Source: Camelus ferus | Taxonomy: Eukaryota | Direction: 5' to 3' | DNA: 64,000 nt | Assembly: GCF_009834535.1 (NCBI RefSeq) | Contig: NC_045728.1 | Location: forward strand, 1,426,001-1,490,000 | Shown here: positions 47,825 to 60,136 of the stretch, one piece after another | Layout: each line of letters starts with the position of its first letter | Position numbering within the stretch: the stretch's first letter is position 1 | Notes under the pieces: generated by a model | Told to the model about the DNA's origin: nothing | Databases searched by the model: none | The model's input: the letters and a program-made list of their open reading frames with translations, nothing else | Translations under genes and position numbers: made by a program

Positions 47825-49330
47825 GTTTTAAATTAGACTGTACACCAGGTACTTTTTAAATTGTTGGGAATATGGAGATGGATAAAGCAGGCAGGTGACG
47901 TCTGTCCTGAGGCCGAGGGTCTAATAAGGGTAGACAGAGAACAACCAAGTATGTAAGTGTTTTAAGAGGTGATGTCCAACGAGGACAAAGGCAGGTGGAC
48001 ACAGGCGGAGGTGGGACGAGCTGCGTCTCCAGACGATGCGTCTGAAGAGCCCTCTCTGATCTGAGACCTGGAAGAGCGAGCATCTTCCCAAGCGGTGACC
48101 TACGTACAGGACCAGCCTCCCCGACGCCGGGGTGAGAACGCGCTCCGGCTTCAGGCAGGTGGGGCCACCTGGCGAGTGTGATGGAAGCACAGTGAGGGCG
48201 GGGGCACGACTGCTGCAGGAGGGAGGCTCAGCAAACATAGAAGGGGGTTTGATCCCCCCCCCCCCAGTTGAAGATTAAAGCCACTGGAAGATGTTTTGAA
48301 GGCAGGTGCTCTCTGATTTTCAGATCAGAGAGGAGGCTGCTGGGCGGGGAGTGTATGCACACAGGTGAGTGGAAGCAGTGAGGCTGGTTGTACCATCACA
48401 GCATCCACGTGAGACCCAGGTTTGACTCAGCCTGGGCAGGGAAGCGGAAGGGAAGGAGAAAAGTGGCCGATTTTAGGTGCATGTTGGAGCCAGAACAGAC
48501 AGGCAGCCGATGGGCTAGATGTGAAAAAAATAGAGAGAGAAACCAGGGGTGATGTTTGGGATTTTATCTGGAACGGCTACACCAGTGGAAGTCTTAATTC
48601 GGTGGGAGAGTGAAAGCCAGAGAACGAGGGCCAGTGATTCTTGGAGGGGGTGGGTAATGGTGCAAAAGCAAGGTTTTGGATACAATTGGAGATTCCTATT
48701 AGACATCAGGTGGGGAGGTCCAGGAAATGTCCAGCATCCTGGCTGAGATATAAGTGGAGGTGGGTGAGTCTCTGGTGAACAGAATGTCTGCTGATAACAC
48801 TGCTGAGGTCAAGGAGGGAGGGTGCAGGTCAAGGAGGGAGAGGAGCTTCAGGACTTAATCCTAAGATGCGCCAACGATCAGTCGCCCAACAGAAGGACAC
48901 AGCGTAGGAAGTCAGTGAGGCAGAAGCAAGAGTCACAGCAAACACAGGGTGTTTTTCAAGGAGAGTGTGGGGTGCGGCCAGCCCGTCATGGAATGATTTC
49001 AGCAACATGGAGGTCGTCTGTGACCTCAAGGAGCAATTTCAGAGGAGTGCTAGGGATGAAGGCCTGACGGGGTGTGTTCAGGAGAGAATGGATTGAGAGT
49101 AAGTGGAGACAAAGAGTGTGTAACACTCCTTTGTGAAGTTTTGCTGTGTGACAGAACAAAGAAATGAGGTGGAAATGGAGAGAGCCGTGAGTTAAAGGAG
49201 AGCTTCTGTCTGTTCCGCCGGCTTCTCTACAAGGCGAGGCATCCTGGATGGTGTTTGGGTGCGGACAGGAAGGATGCAGGAGAGGAGCACGCGGACGATG
49301 CAGGAGACAGGTGAGCAGCACCGTCATGGA
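47825..49330 (-). mobile_element. L2 LINE, long 3' portion (reverse)
   Basis: Purine-rich stretch with L2 hallmarks: ccactggaagatgttttgaaggcagg, ggaagcagtgaggctggttg, gagccagaacagacagg...gatgggctagatgtg, ggaggtcgtctgtgacctcaaggagcaatttcag, ggtgtgttcaggagagaatgg. Confidence 0.8.
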
Positions 49331-49779
49331 GCCTTGAGCAGCCGGCAAGGGGGCTGGACTCTTGGGCTTGTAGATTCTGGGAACCTAGGAAGGGGTCGGC
49401 ACTGAGAGTGGTGAGACAAGTGGTCCCTTTTAACCAGTGGGAGGGAGAGAGCATGGGGATAGGTGCTCAGGGAGGTTATGAGGTGAGGGTTTGCTGGGAG
49501 GGAGGGGCGGCAGGTGTGTGGAGGTGTGAAGGTTTGAGGAACCCAGGAGGGAAAGTGGTGTGGAGACGGGGTGAGCGCATGTGTCAGCACACCAGAGAAA
49601 CCAGGTAGGGTGATCAGGCAGAGGAGGGTGCCCATCGAAGTCCTAAACATAGGATGTGGTGTTCTCACAAAATCATTGGCAGGCTTACAATCTATGAAGA
49701 AATGCCTTCCGAGATTAAAACCCAACAACGTACATACATTGTGGTGCAAAAATAATGAATATTCACCAAGTGCACGTGG

Positions 49780-49925
49780 AAGGCATTTTTTCATTAATCC
49801 TCACAAATTCAGGAGATGGGTACCATTAAATCTTCATTTACAAAGGAGGTCATTGAGATTTGGAGAAGTAAATGGACCTACAGAAGGTCCCCCAGCCAGG
49901 AATGAGGACGGGCAGGGCAGAAACG
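49780..49925 (-). mobile_element. MIR SINE remnant
   Basis: ttcattaatcctcacaaattcaggagatgggtaccattaaatcttcatttacaaaggagg...gagaagtaaatggacc matches reverse MIR. Confidence 0.65.
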
Positions 49926-50998
49926 GTCTCCCCAGTGACAGAGAGGTGCCCTCGCTGCCTCCCTGGAGCACAGCTGGGCTGTTGGTGAGTGAGAGCTCGC
50001 GCATTCGGTACCTTTATGGCATTAGCCATCTCGGCTGTGTGCCACAAAACGGCAGCAGGGAAAGAGAAGGCCTTGGGTTTGGGTTTTGCGTGTTTCACTC
50101 TGCCTTCAGTGATCTGGGACGGGGGGAGGCTGGCTGGGCCCAGGGCAGCACACATACACACTTCTGTTCTCTTGTCATCTGTCACGGATGAAGAGCCTTT
50201 CCCTTATGTTTCTCTCTGTAATCCATTTGCTGCCTCGGAGAGTCCTGATTTCCCAAGGGATGCCCCAGGTCTGCTTGGTGTCCCTGAGAGCAGAATTTTG
50301 CATCCATTGCAAGAAGTTGTCCCAGGTGTTGACAAATGAGAGGAAGAAATATGGAACCGCATCATCCAGTGGGGAAATCTAGGGGAACCAGGGACTGTGG
50401 CGAGTGGCCAGGGCGAGGGTGGGGGTGGTCCCTGAGATCCTGGGGGCTGCAGGGTCCCTGGGCTGTGCAGCTGTGAACAGGCTCTCCCAGCCTCTCACGC
50501 TCTGCACGCCGTCTGTGTCGTGGTAGCCGTCGTGGAATCCCAGCACAGCGTACTGTTCCCAGTTCTGCAGTCCTGCCCTGAGCCAGGCTTGCTGGCCTGA
50601 GGGTGGAGCACAAGCAAGAAATCGTGAATAAGAGATAAGTCTTTGCTTGTTTACTCTGCGTTTTAATTAATTGGCTGATTACGTTCCATTTTTATTTGGT
50701 TTCACTGACAATCAGATAGAGAGCTGTAATACCCTCTCGCACCTTGTAATTACCATTAATTTCTTCCCTTTTCTCCACGCAGTCAGGACGAAGTTGGCAG
50801 AGAAGCCATGGGAGGTTGAATCAGACTGAAGTCGGATGCATATGCATGAGGCTGGACCAGCCAGGGCTCTGGGGAGATGCTTGGGGAGGGGTGGGAGGGG
50901 CGGAAAGGAAGAAGGCTGAGAGACTGTGAGAAGGAAAGAGGGGAAAATACCTTGAATTGAAGACAAAGGCAAATGGAGGAAAACGCTGGAGTCAGCAC

Positions 50999-51146
50999 NN
51001 NNNNNNNNNNNNNNNNNNNNNNNNNNNNNNNNNNNNNNNNNNNNNNNNNNNNNNNNNNNNNNNNNNNNNNNNNNNNNNNNNNNNNNNNNNNNNNNNNNNN
51101 NNNNNNNNNNNNNNNNNNNNNNNNNNNNNNNNNNNNNNNNNNNNNN
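50999..51146. other. Assembly gap (148 N)
   Basis: Run of N read directly. Confidence 1.
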
Positions 51147-52145
51147 ATTTCCCCGTCTTTACAGGAGGGAATCAGAGCACGTTAAATCCGCGGCTCCTCT
51201 TGCCTGGAGCTGTCCAAGGTCCTGGCTCTGTCTGGCGCATGGGAGCTGGTCCTCTTCCAGAACAGGTCGCTCTGCCCTCCCACCCTCCTTCTAGAGGCAA
51301 CTGGGGATGCCCGACAGGACCTGGCATCCAGGCAGGGCTGTGGCTGGTCCCAAGGGGCCACCATTTTGTCTTGGTGCCTGGGGATGTCTGGATCTCCTCA
51401 CTGGGGATGAGAGTGACACTGACGCCAGGGACCTCAGCCAGCAGAGGAAGCTCAGCTCATCTTGTCTGTGCTATGCTAATGGTCCAGACACCACTAGAAA
51501 TCACTGGAACATGAGGCTTGGGCTGAAAATTGCATCTGAAGCACCTACCTGTGACCTTTTAATGTCAGCTTGGGCAAAAGAGTGGTCCAAACCAGCAGCC
51601 CTGAACTCCCCCCCCCCCAACTAGCCAGTGCAGCAAGGTTGTCCCAGCACCCAGGGACTCACGGCTTATAGTAAGTTTAAGTGACCCCCAATTTGACTGA
51701 TTTGGCGAGTGTAGTCTTTTGGTTCAGCATTTAATGCTGTTTGGTCCAGAAGCCTTAAAAGTCCAGGCTGAACATACATGCTCACTACATGATAGGGCTC
51801 CCTCAAAAGGACAAGGTCGGGGGAGATGGGGGAAAGAACTCACCAGCTACAGACAGTGAGTGTCCTGGTAAGGCAAGGGCAGGCGAAAAATGAGCTCTTG
51901 CTTTATAATTTGGGGAAAGCTTTAATTGTCTTATTACTAGCCTTTCCTCCTGTCACCGAACGGTCTGAGATATAAATTTAACTGTCAGGTAGTGAGTTCA
52001 GCAGAGTTTCAGGAACCGTGTCTCCTCACCTCCCCACCCCAACCCCACCATATCCCATTAACTCCCTGGTCTCCAGTGGAGCTCATCTCAGTGAATTAGT
52101 GTAGGGCAAAGTAGGGTGCAGCACTGGACATTCTCAAAACCAGAC

Positions 52146-52204
52146 CCTCTCTCTATCTCTCTGTCTGTCTGCCTATCTATCTATCTGTCTGTCTATCTCT
52201 CTAT
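52146..52204. repeat. Compound (TC)/(TCTG)/(TCTA) microsatellite
   Basis: Read directly from the sequence. Confidence 0.85.
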
Positions 52205-52899
52205 CATTTTTAAGCCTTTTGCTTCCTTAAGGTAGCAGCGTGAACGTCTGTCTAAGTGCCTGTAAGACACTGGATAACCTAATCAGATTCAACCTTGCAT
52301 ATCCATAACTGAAATAAGAAACGTTTTGGTTCTTTTCTTACTTTTGTGGTTCATGGAGTGATGACCAGGTAGGCAGTCAGAACTTAGAGTAAAAGGGTTG
52401 TCAGAACTTGCATGTGAAGGCAGGGTCCTCACTGCCTAGGGGTTAATGGTCCTGCCCGTTGCAGTCCCCTGAGGACTCAAGTCAGCAGGAAGGAAGCTCG
52501 CGCCACACTTCATTTCTTCTCTCCTTCCTTTGTTTGATTCATCTGTTTATTCAAATTTCGCTGCGCACAGGCTGCGGGTAGGACTGTCCAACATCTCCAC
52601 GGGGGGTTGCAGATAGGGATATCACCGGAATGAGAGGAGGGACAGAAGCGTGTTCAGAATAGCCCCCAGACTCTGCAGGCTGTGGGCTGAGGAACACCAC
52701 GAAAGGAAGTCTGATCATGTCAGTCGTCTGGACCATCACGAGCAGCACGGCCGCCCCGGCTACAAACACGCTGTGTTATGTAAGTTGTTTGGTGGTTATT
52801 TGGGAATTCAGATACACTTAAAATAGCTTATTGATGGTAGCTCTTGTTATATTTCTTGGAAACTGTAATTAAAAGAAGAAAAGTAAAACTCACTCATCC

Positions 52900-53280
52900 C
52901 ACATCTTGAACTAAAGACTAGTATCTTATGTGTATATACATATATAGTGTCTTCTTAACAAAAGTGAGAATGCTGTATACAACTGCTTGTAACCCACTTT
53001 TTCACATTACAGAACATGCATATTTTGGGGTGATTTAAATCTTCTTCTTCCAGATGATTTGCAGTGGTTGCATAATAGTTCATCATATGGCTATACTTTA
53101 CTTCAACTGATTAATTCCTGAATATATTTTTACTAATATAAACAGCAAGAAATAGCCTTATAATGAACATCCGTTCACATTCCCCGGCCCAAAAGCCTAC
53201 TCAACACGTAAATACCCGAAGTGGACGTTTGTGATGAAAGTCTGAGGAGGGTTTTTTCAAATGTGTATTTTAAGGTTTTC
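52900..53280 (-). mobile_element. Very old L1 (L1ME-like) 3' fragment
   Basis: aacaaaagtgagaatgctgtatacaactgcttgtaacccactttttcac...gttgcataatagttcatcatatggctatac...ttataatgaacatcc resembles the reverse L1ME 3' end. Confidence 0.55.
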
Positions 53281-53639
53281 TTATTGATTAAGTTATTCTA
53301 CAAATACTGGTTTTGTGCCTACGGCGGCCGCGCTGTTCTGGGGAAGGCAGAAGTAAGCAGAGTGGCAGAGTCTCTCTTCTCCAAATCAGTTAGTAACTTT
53401 ATTTTTCCAAATATAACTTTCTCATTACATTTTCTTTCTTCTAACAGACAACAGTTTTTCAAGATTTATCTGAAATATATCCTACGGACCTGTTTTAGTG
53501 TGACGCTTCAGGACGTGTGTGTGCTGTTTTTATCACGTCTTTTTTTCTCTCTCTTTCCTTCTCCCTGTAACCACCCCCTCCCCTTTTCTCTCTCTCTCTC
53601 TCCAAATATTGCCTGCCATGCTTCTAGGGGACTTTTTAA

Positions 53640-53772
53640 TGCCCGTTTCCCTCGTGGAGGTCAAGGGCCTGTCTGTCTTTCTCACCCTTGTCTGCTCAGT
53701 GTTTTACATAGTGCGTGGCATAGGAGAGGCACACAGTAAATACTTGCTAGATTAGTAGATGAATGAATAAAC
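53640..53772 (+). mobile_element. L2 3' end
   Basis: catagtgcgtggcataggagaggcacacagtaaatacttgctagattagtagatgaatgaataaa resembles the L2 terminus. Confidence 0.65.
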
Positions 53773-53959
53773 CAGTGCCTGTTTGCCACTTTGTTTTAGC
53801 AAAATACCACACACGTCACGTGCCGACGTGAGTGACGTTAGTCTGCACCCGTTAAACCCGCCTCTTTGATCTTCTCTCCCGATGTTTCCGTCGTCCTGCC
53901 CTCCTTCATTCCATTCCCTCCTCTAACAAAACACATCAGACTTTTTTTGTTGATATTAG

Positions 53960-54250
53960 TTTTAGTTTACTGTATCATTTCGTTTTACTTCAATAGACAG
54001 TAGAGCAAAACTTCAAAAGGGACACCATAAAAATATTGAAAAGACTCCCCCTGCCCCGCCGTCTTTCAGCAGCCGAGTTCCTGGAGATGGTCTGTGCCTC
54101 TAGCTTTGGGTCTGGCATGTGTTGCCAGAGATGTTTTAGTCATCGGAAAATGTACTTTCTCTTTCTATTCCCAAATGGTAGCGTATTGTACAAGGCTGTT
54201 CTTTCTTATCGGTTCTTCAGTTTGGATGTTTTCTGTCGGCCTGCATTCCA
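53960..54250 (-). mobile_element. Very old L1 (L1ME/L1MC-like) 3' fragment
   Basis: aaaacttcaaaagggacacc...gaaaagactcccc and cccaaatggtagcgtattgtac resemble reverse L1M 3' consensus. Confidence 0.45.
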
Positions 54251-54829
54251 GTTACTAATTCTGTACCCAATGCCCCTTAAACCCACCTGTTGTATTAATG
54301 ATTTTGGATATTGTGTCTTTCCGTCCTAGCATTTCCATGTGATATTTTTCTAATAGGTTAAAACACTTTGTTAAAGTTCTCAGTTGTGTCATCTATTCTG
54401 TCTGTTTGCGCCTGTATTTCCTTTACTAATCAGAGGTACTAAAACCTTGGCTGACCACGCCAGTGTAAGTGTCATCCGTGGGTCTGCTTCTATGTCGCTG
54501 TCCTTTTTTCTTTTTCTTTTTGGTCTCTTGATTATCAGTCATGTTTCCTTCCCTCTAGTGATTGCGTCTTGACCGCCTGACGTGGCGCGTAAAGCAGCCA
54601 CCGAGGCTGCAGGTTTCGTTTTCCTCCACAGGAGTTTTCTGTTTTTTTCTGTTGTGCCCCAAATACCTGACATTTCTATGTATCCACATGCATACGTGTA
54701 AGGTGCATGTACATGTTGTGTGACGATTAAGGACATGTGACTGGGAGTCCTGAGGAAAAAAGACAATAGGAATAGTCCTAGTTACTGGATTTAGTAGACA
54801 AGGATTTAAAAATAACTGTGATTAACACA

Positions 54830-55280
54830 TGTGTAGTCAGTGTTTTCCAGAGAAACAGAAACTATATGATAGGATGTGTGTCCACTATATGTATGTATGT
54901 AACAGATATACATAGAGAGAGAGGTTGATTGGTTGATTGGTTTATTTTAAGAAATCATCGCACATGATTATGGAGGTGGGCTAGTCCTAAATCTGCCGGG
55001 CGGAGTGGCCGAGTAGACGTCCAGGGAAGAGCCAGTGCTGTGGTCCACGTGCAAAGCTCATCCGCTCCAGAATTCCCTCTGGCTTAGGGTAGGTGAGGTT
55101 TTGGTTCTGTTATGACTGTCAACTGATCGGATGAGGCCCATTTGTATGACGGAGGACAATCTGCTTTACTCAGAGCACACTGATTTTAATGTTAATATTA
55201 CCCGAAAAGCACCCTGTGAATGTTTGACCCAATATCTGGGCACTACAGCCTGGCCAAGTTGACATAAATTAACCATCACA
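54830..55280 (-). mobile_element. ERVL solo LTR (MLT2-like)
   Basis: Starts tagtcagtgttttccagagaaacagaa and ends ggccaagttgacataaattaaccatcaca (reverse complement of the MLT2 start TGTGATGGTTAAT). Internal gatgaggccca...ggaggacaatctgctttactcag. Confidence 0.9.
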
Positions 55281-56204
55281 TTATGTTTAAGAATTAGACT
55301 AAACAGATGAAAGGATGCAGAAGGTCAGCAGAAAAATTAAATCTATAAAATGAATCAAGGACCTGGAGAAGGATGTTTTATTCACAGGCACCCCAAGACT
55401 GCACAGAACGTCACTTGGCCTTAGAGGAGCTTTTGAGCCAGCTCTCCAGCTTCCCGTGCAGCCTGGGACAGAGCAGACATCCCACGGCGAAAGCTAGTCA
55501 TGCATTTGAGTGTCCAGAGCTCTCCCTCCATTTGTCACTCCTTGACCTCCTAGTGAAAGCTCTGTTGATTCTCTTTTTCTCCGTGGGGCTCTTCTGCCTG
55601 AACCAGGCCCAGTTTCCAGCTGCAGGTGAGGGTCGTGAGGAAAGAGATGCTTACGATCCCCTGAGGGGTCCTTCCTCTCGGGAATTAACTTGTCCAGTCT
55701 TTATATGCCTGCAGCCCTCTGGTACCTTTAAAACATACTTCTGTAATTTATACAGCTTTTAAAATTGTATTAGGAAGAACATTAGTCCATTATGACTATT
55801 ACACTGTACCCAGAAACAGAAGTTCTATGCATTTTTTATTCGTCTAATTCAGTGATTCTTGCCTATGACTGCTCATCAAAACATGTATATGAAATGGATG
55901 AAAAATGCAACGTCCCAGTCACACACCTGAATGCTCCCGAGTTAGAATCCTCAGGTTAGCTGGCCGATCGCTTACGGTGTTCAGCCTCTTTTCTCGAGAT
56001 GCACCCATTTGGTGCATAAGTTCATGTCCTAGCTGACCCCCTCCCGCCTGCCCGCACCCACATTCTGTGGGCTGTTCTAGCAGGGAGGACAGAGCCAAGA
56101 TGCGTTGGTCGTTGGAGTCCACCATGCTTTATGTTCCCTCCAAGTTTGATGCACAAATCAACGCTTTTTTGTTTCCCACTCGACTCGGCTTCTCAGTCCC
56201 TTCT

Positions 56205-56480
56205 TTTTCCTTGTCCATTTATCTAAACAAACATGTATGAATACTTTTTACAAATGTCTTGGACAACAAGTTTAAGGGAATAGGTAACAATAAGACATGC
56301 AACTCGGTCTGGCTTAGCTAGGGAGCTGGCTGATTAACAGGTGATCACGAAAGAGAGTGTTGAAAACAGTTAGTTGGGTGTAAAAGGTTGGATGGCAAGG
56401 CGGGAGAGCGTGAGGAATCTAGCCATGGGTGGGGATGGGGAAGCAAAGAAAGTTCTGCAGAGAACACGGTTCTTTAGGCT
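56205..56480 (-). mobile_element. L2 3' fragment (reverse)
   Basis: ccatttatctaaacaaacatgtatgaatac...gggaataggtaacaataagac resembles the reverse L2 terminus. Confidence 0.45.
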
Positions 56481-58246
56481 GAGTTTGGGGGTTTCTTCCC
56501 CCCTCAGGCTCAGAGCGTCTGTTTCAACTGTTAGTGGTTGGTCCTGGACCCTCCCCTAGTTCTCAGCACGGCCCAGTGCTGCGACTGGGGCTCCAGTGAT
56601 CACGAAATGCCTATTTTCAAGTCGATGGCTTCTTAGTACAAAACGCCCCCCTCCGCCTGCCCTCCACTCAGGCCTCACTTCAGAACGTGCTCCGCACTTG
56701 TGCTGCGGTGTTACGGTCACCACTGCATCACGTCTTGGTGATAAGTCATTTCAGTTTCGTTTATCTTCACACGAGATTTTGAAGTTCACTCTGTGTCTTA
56801 CAAAGGCTCCACACCTCGGTGTGTACAAGTCTGTGGCCGCAAGGACTTCCTCCTGGTGGTGACTCGGCACTTCCTTTGTTACATTCGGTGCGTTCGATTT
56901 CACTTATGATCATCTAAGAGTGCGGTTTCATCTAATTCCAACCACTTTTGGCTCCTGGAATTTAAATTCGAAGCCCCCCCTGTAAAGCTGCGTCGCCTCC
57001 TGCCGAATTCATTCTCCCGTCTCGGGGAATGATGAGGTGATCTCTGCCCTTGTCGTGGGATCACCTCCGTGAGAGCACAGGCATCTTTCCAGAAAAAGCA
57101 ACCCTTGTCTTCCTTTAGCGTCATCTGCGTATCCAGCTGTCTGCTCTACAAATCCTGTTTTCTTTTCCAAAGACAAAAAAAAGAAAAAAAAGAGAGAGAG
57201 ATGAAAACACCACCTGCAGCCCCAGGTCCTTCAGTTTCCTGCCGAGGGCTCCAGGGCCCAGAGGTGCAGAGCAGGCGTCCCTGGAATTCTCCATTAATGA
57301 TGTTACATGCACTGGCCGCCACCGGCGTGGTGCATTCGAGTCTTAGATAAACTCTATTTTTTCATGGAGAATCATCTTCAAAAGCAAAGCAGTGGCCCAG
57401 CTCCCACCCCCATCCGTTACTGAACCTCCCGTTGTAGCGTGACGTGATAGTTTTTCTTTAAGATTGAGTATGAAAGCCACAGCCATCGCGTCAAGCCACA
57501 GGTCAATCACAGGCACCACACAGAGAAAGCCGCCACTTGGCTGCACCCGTCACCTGTGGAGGTGCTGCCGTGTCTTCCACCGCCTGCGCCAGCACCCTTG
57601 CGCCGCTCGTTCCCTTCCCCAGTGGGTCTGCACGTCAGCAGAAGGGTCTTACGCTCCCTATTGGGAGAGGACAGGAGCCCGGAAGTGTTCTTGTTGGGGG
57701 AGCCTGTTTCTCTCTAGCCCTGGAGTCTCTCGACGCCAGCTCCCTGCTCACCTGCGATTTTCATGACGTCAACCCAGACGGGAAACTCTCCTGCCTTTCT
57801 TGTGGACTCACTAGATGCACCTCCCCCGTCCCACTGATTTCGAAAAAGAGGGATGTAGGCGTGGACAGAGGAGGTTATCAGCTAGAGCCCAGGACGGAGG
57901 AAAACGCAGGCCGCGGGCTGGTGCTCCTGCCGGGTCACGGGAACGCTGTGATGCAGCCTCACAATGGACCGCCCGCTCTCTCCAGCCTCTCAAGTTCGCT
58001 CTGTGAGTTTCAGGTTTCTTCATCTCTTACGAGCAGTCGCCTTGCTCCCGGACACCCACGTACGAGGTGTCTCTTCCTGCTGTAAACAAGGAGTCTTGTC
58101 TGCAGTTGGAGGTAAACACACACGTCTTTTGTTCGAAGGTTCAGCCGTGAGAACTGAACGAGAAGTAAATGGAATGCAGGCTGACTAAATACGTGTGAGG
58201 GTGGAGATGTGTCCACAAATAGGAAAATGACTTGTGAGCTTCCTGA

Positions 58247-58567
58247 GAAAGGTCAGCGAGCCACGGCCCGTGGGCCAAATCTAGCCGCTGCCTGTTCTGT
58301 GTCACCCATGAGTTAAGGATGCTTTTGCTTTTGTAAATGACTGAACACAAATCAGAAGAAGACAACCTCACAGCCCACGACAGGTCATGCAGAACGTGTG
58401 TTTCAGTGTCTGTAAACACTGTGTGGTTGCTGCATGCTTGTTCCTGCGTGCGTTGTCTGTGGATGCTCTCGAAAGGCCAAAGTGAGGACTTGCCACCCAG
58501 ACCGCTTGTCCTGTGAAGCCTGAAGATTTACCACATGGCCTTTTCCACGGACAGGTTCCCAGCCCGG
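58247..58567 (+). mobile_element. MER58B hAT-Charlie MITE, GC-shifted
   Basis: acggcccgtgggccaaatctagccgctgcctgttctgt...gagttaaggatgcttttg...tttcagtgtctgtaaa...gaagcctgaagatttaccacatggcctttt follows the recalled MER58B consensus along its full length. Confidence 0.85.
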
Positions 58568-59169
58568 CTCCAGAGCAGAGCTGGCCCAGGACAGACTGCC
58601 CGTCTGCGGTCCTGTGGGGTCACAATACCATGCTGCTGGCATCCAGCCCATCCTGTGTGGCTTCTCATGACGCTTGGAAAGCCTCTGATCCTCAGTCCAG
58701 TCCTGGCTCCTCTGGCAGCGCAGCTCTCCCAGCCTCGTCATCCAGACCCACCTTCCCTTGTCACCCTTCACGCTCTCACCGGCTGACCCCATGCTCTGCT
58801 TCTCACAGAGGAAAGTCAGGCCGTTGGGTGTGAACTGCCTCCTGCTGCTTCCTCCTCTCCTTTTACGAGCACCTGGCACCATCTTGTCTCCCTCCACACA
58901 CCTGAGGTTAGCACTTAAGACGTGTCTCTCTACCTACGTCTGTTTCTTTCTCCTCCAGGATTTTATTACTTTACTCCATCAAATATCCTTGTCCTCCTCC
59001 AGATGTCCGCCCTCCGCTGGCTTTCTGTGTCACAGCAGATGCACATATGAGCACGTATGTTCAAGCCCACGTCCTTCAGCCACCGCCCTCTCGTTCTCCT
59101 CGCAGCTGACCTACAGGAACGAGGATCTGTACTCGCTCTCCTGAACCATCCCCCTCGCCCCTCAGCCAG

Positions 59170-59320
59170 TGGAAAGCTTAGAGAGGCGTGAAACAGCGTG
59201 GAATATCGGGTGGAGAAGAATCTAAGGTGGGGGTAGGAGTCCGGTCTAAAACGACCTTCAATGTCATGGCTAAGGACTTTGAACTTGATCCTGGAGTGAA
59301 GGCAGTCATTGGAACATCTC
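59170..59320 (-). mobile_element. L2 fragment (reverse)
   Basis: atgtcatggctaaggactttgaacttgatcctggagtgaaggcagtcattggaa resembles L2 'gccatgttaaggagtttggactttatcctgagggcaatgggaagccattgga'. Confidence 0.65.
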
Positions 59321-59959
59321 AGCCTTTATCCCCTACCTATTTTTTTTCTGATGGATTACATGGCCGTGTGCCGCTATGACCACATGCCTCATGAATCCCT
59401 TCCACCTGAATTATAATACAGGCTCCTGCAAATACCCAGGGGACCAATAGGTCAAAATACTGAGCCTTGTATTCTCCTGGGATGACTTGAAAATCCTGGT
59501 GGGTCATCACAGGGAAAGACATAGCCTGATAGATGTTTTAAAAAATGACTCATGAAAGAACGAGGAATGAATTTCATTTGGCGGACCTGGAAGCAAAGAG
59601 GAAGGTGGGCCGTGCTGACGGCTTGGGCCAAGGGCTTCAGCTTGTAGCGGAGGGTTTTATGAGAGTCACTAAAACCAAGGAAGAAACGGAACAGAGCACT
59701 TCAGGGAAAGATGCTTTTTAAGTTCACAGTAAAGACTTCACAATGATTAAGTACAACCTTTTCTCTTCCTAAGGGGTCACATTCCACTTAGCTGGGCGCG
59801 TGTATGAGTGACTGTGTGCCGTTGGAGGCGGTGTCTTTAGGCCCCTTCTCATCCTCCAGTGAGAAACCCTGCCTGTCGTGGAGCTGTTGACACAAGGATC
59901 CTCTGTTCCACTGGAGTCTGAAGTCCAAAACCCTAACTCCCCCAGAGTGCCCCACCACC

Positions 59960-60097
59960 GACCCTGCGACTATAGTCTCCCCTCGGCAGGCAGTGGACCC
60001 AGCCGTCGCTCTGCAGTGCCTGGTATGCGTCACTCCAGTGCCTTGAGTCACTAGGTCCACAGCAGACGTTCAAACGTGTTTTGAATGAATGAATGAA
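59960..60097 (+). mobile_element. L2 3' end
   Basis: ccagtgccttgagtcactaggtccacagcagacgttcaaacgtgttttgaatgaatgaatgaac is the L2 terminus with its (gaat)n tail. Confidence 0.7.
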
Positions 60098-60118
60098 CAG
60101 AAGAACCTATGAACTTGG

Positions 60119-60136
60119 AAATGACAGCTGTCATTT
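60119..60136. promoter_or_regulatory. Perfect 18-bp palindrome AAATGACAGCTGTCATTT containing TGACAGCTGTCA (TALE homeodomain MEIS/TGIF/PKNOX dimer-type motif)
   Basis: Palindrome read directly. The motif assignment rests on the known TGACAG half-site. Occupancy is unknown. Confidence 0.4.

Noticed and set aside
52679-52779. Plus-strand exon-like segment ending TTAT|gtaagt
   Set aside because: Weak acceptor and no recognisable peptide in either open frame.
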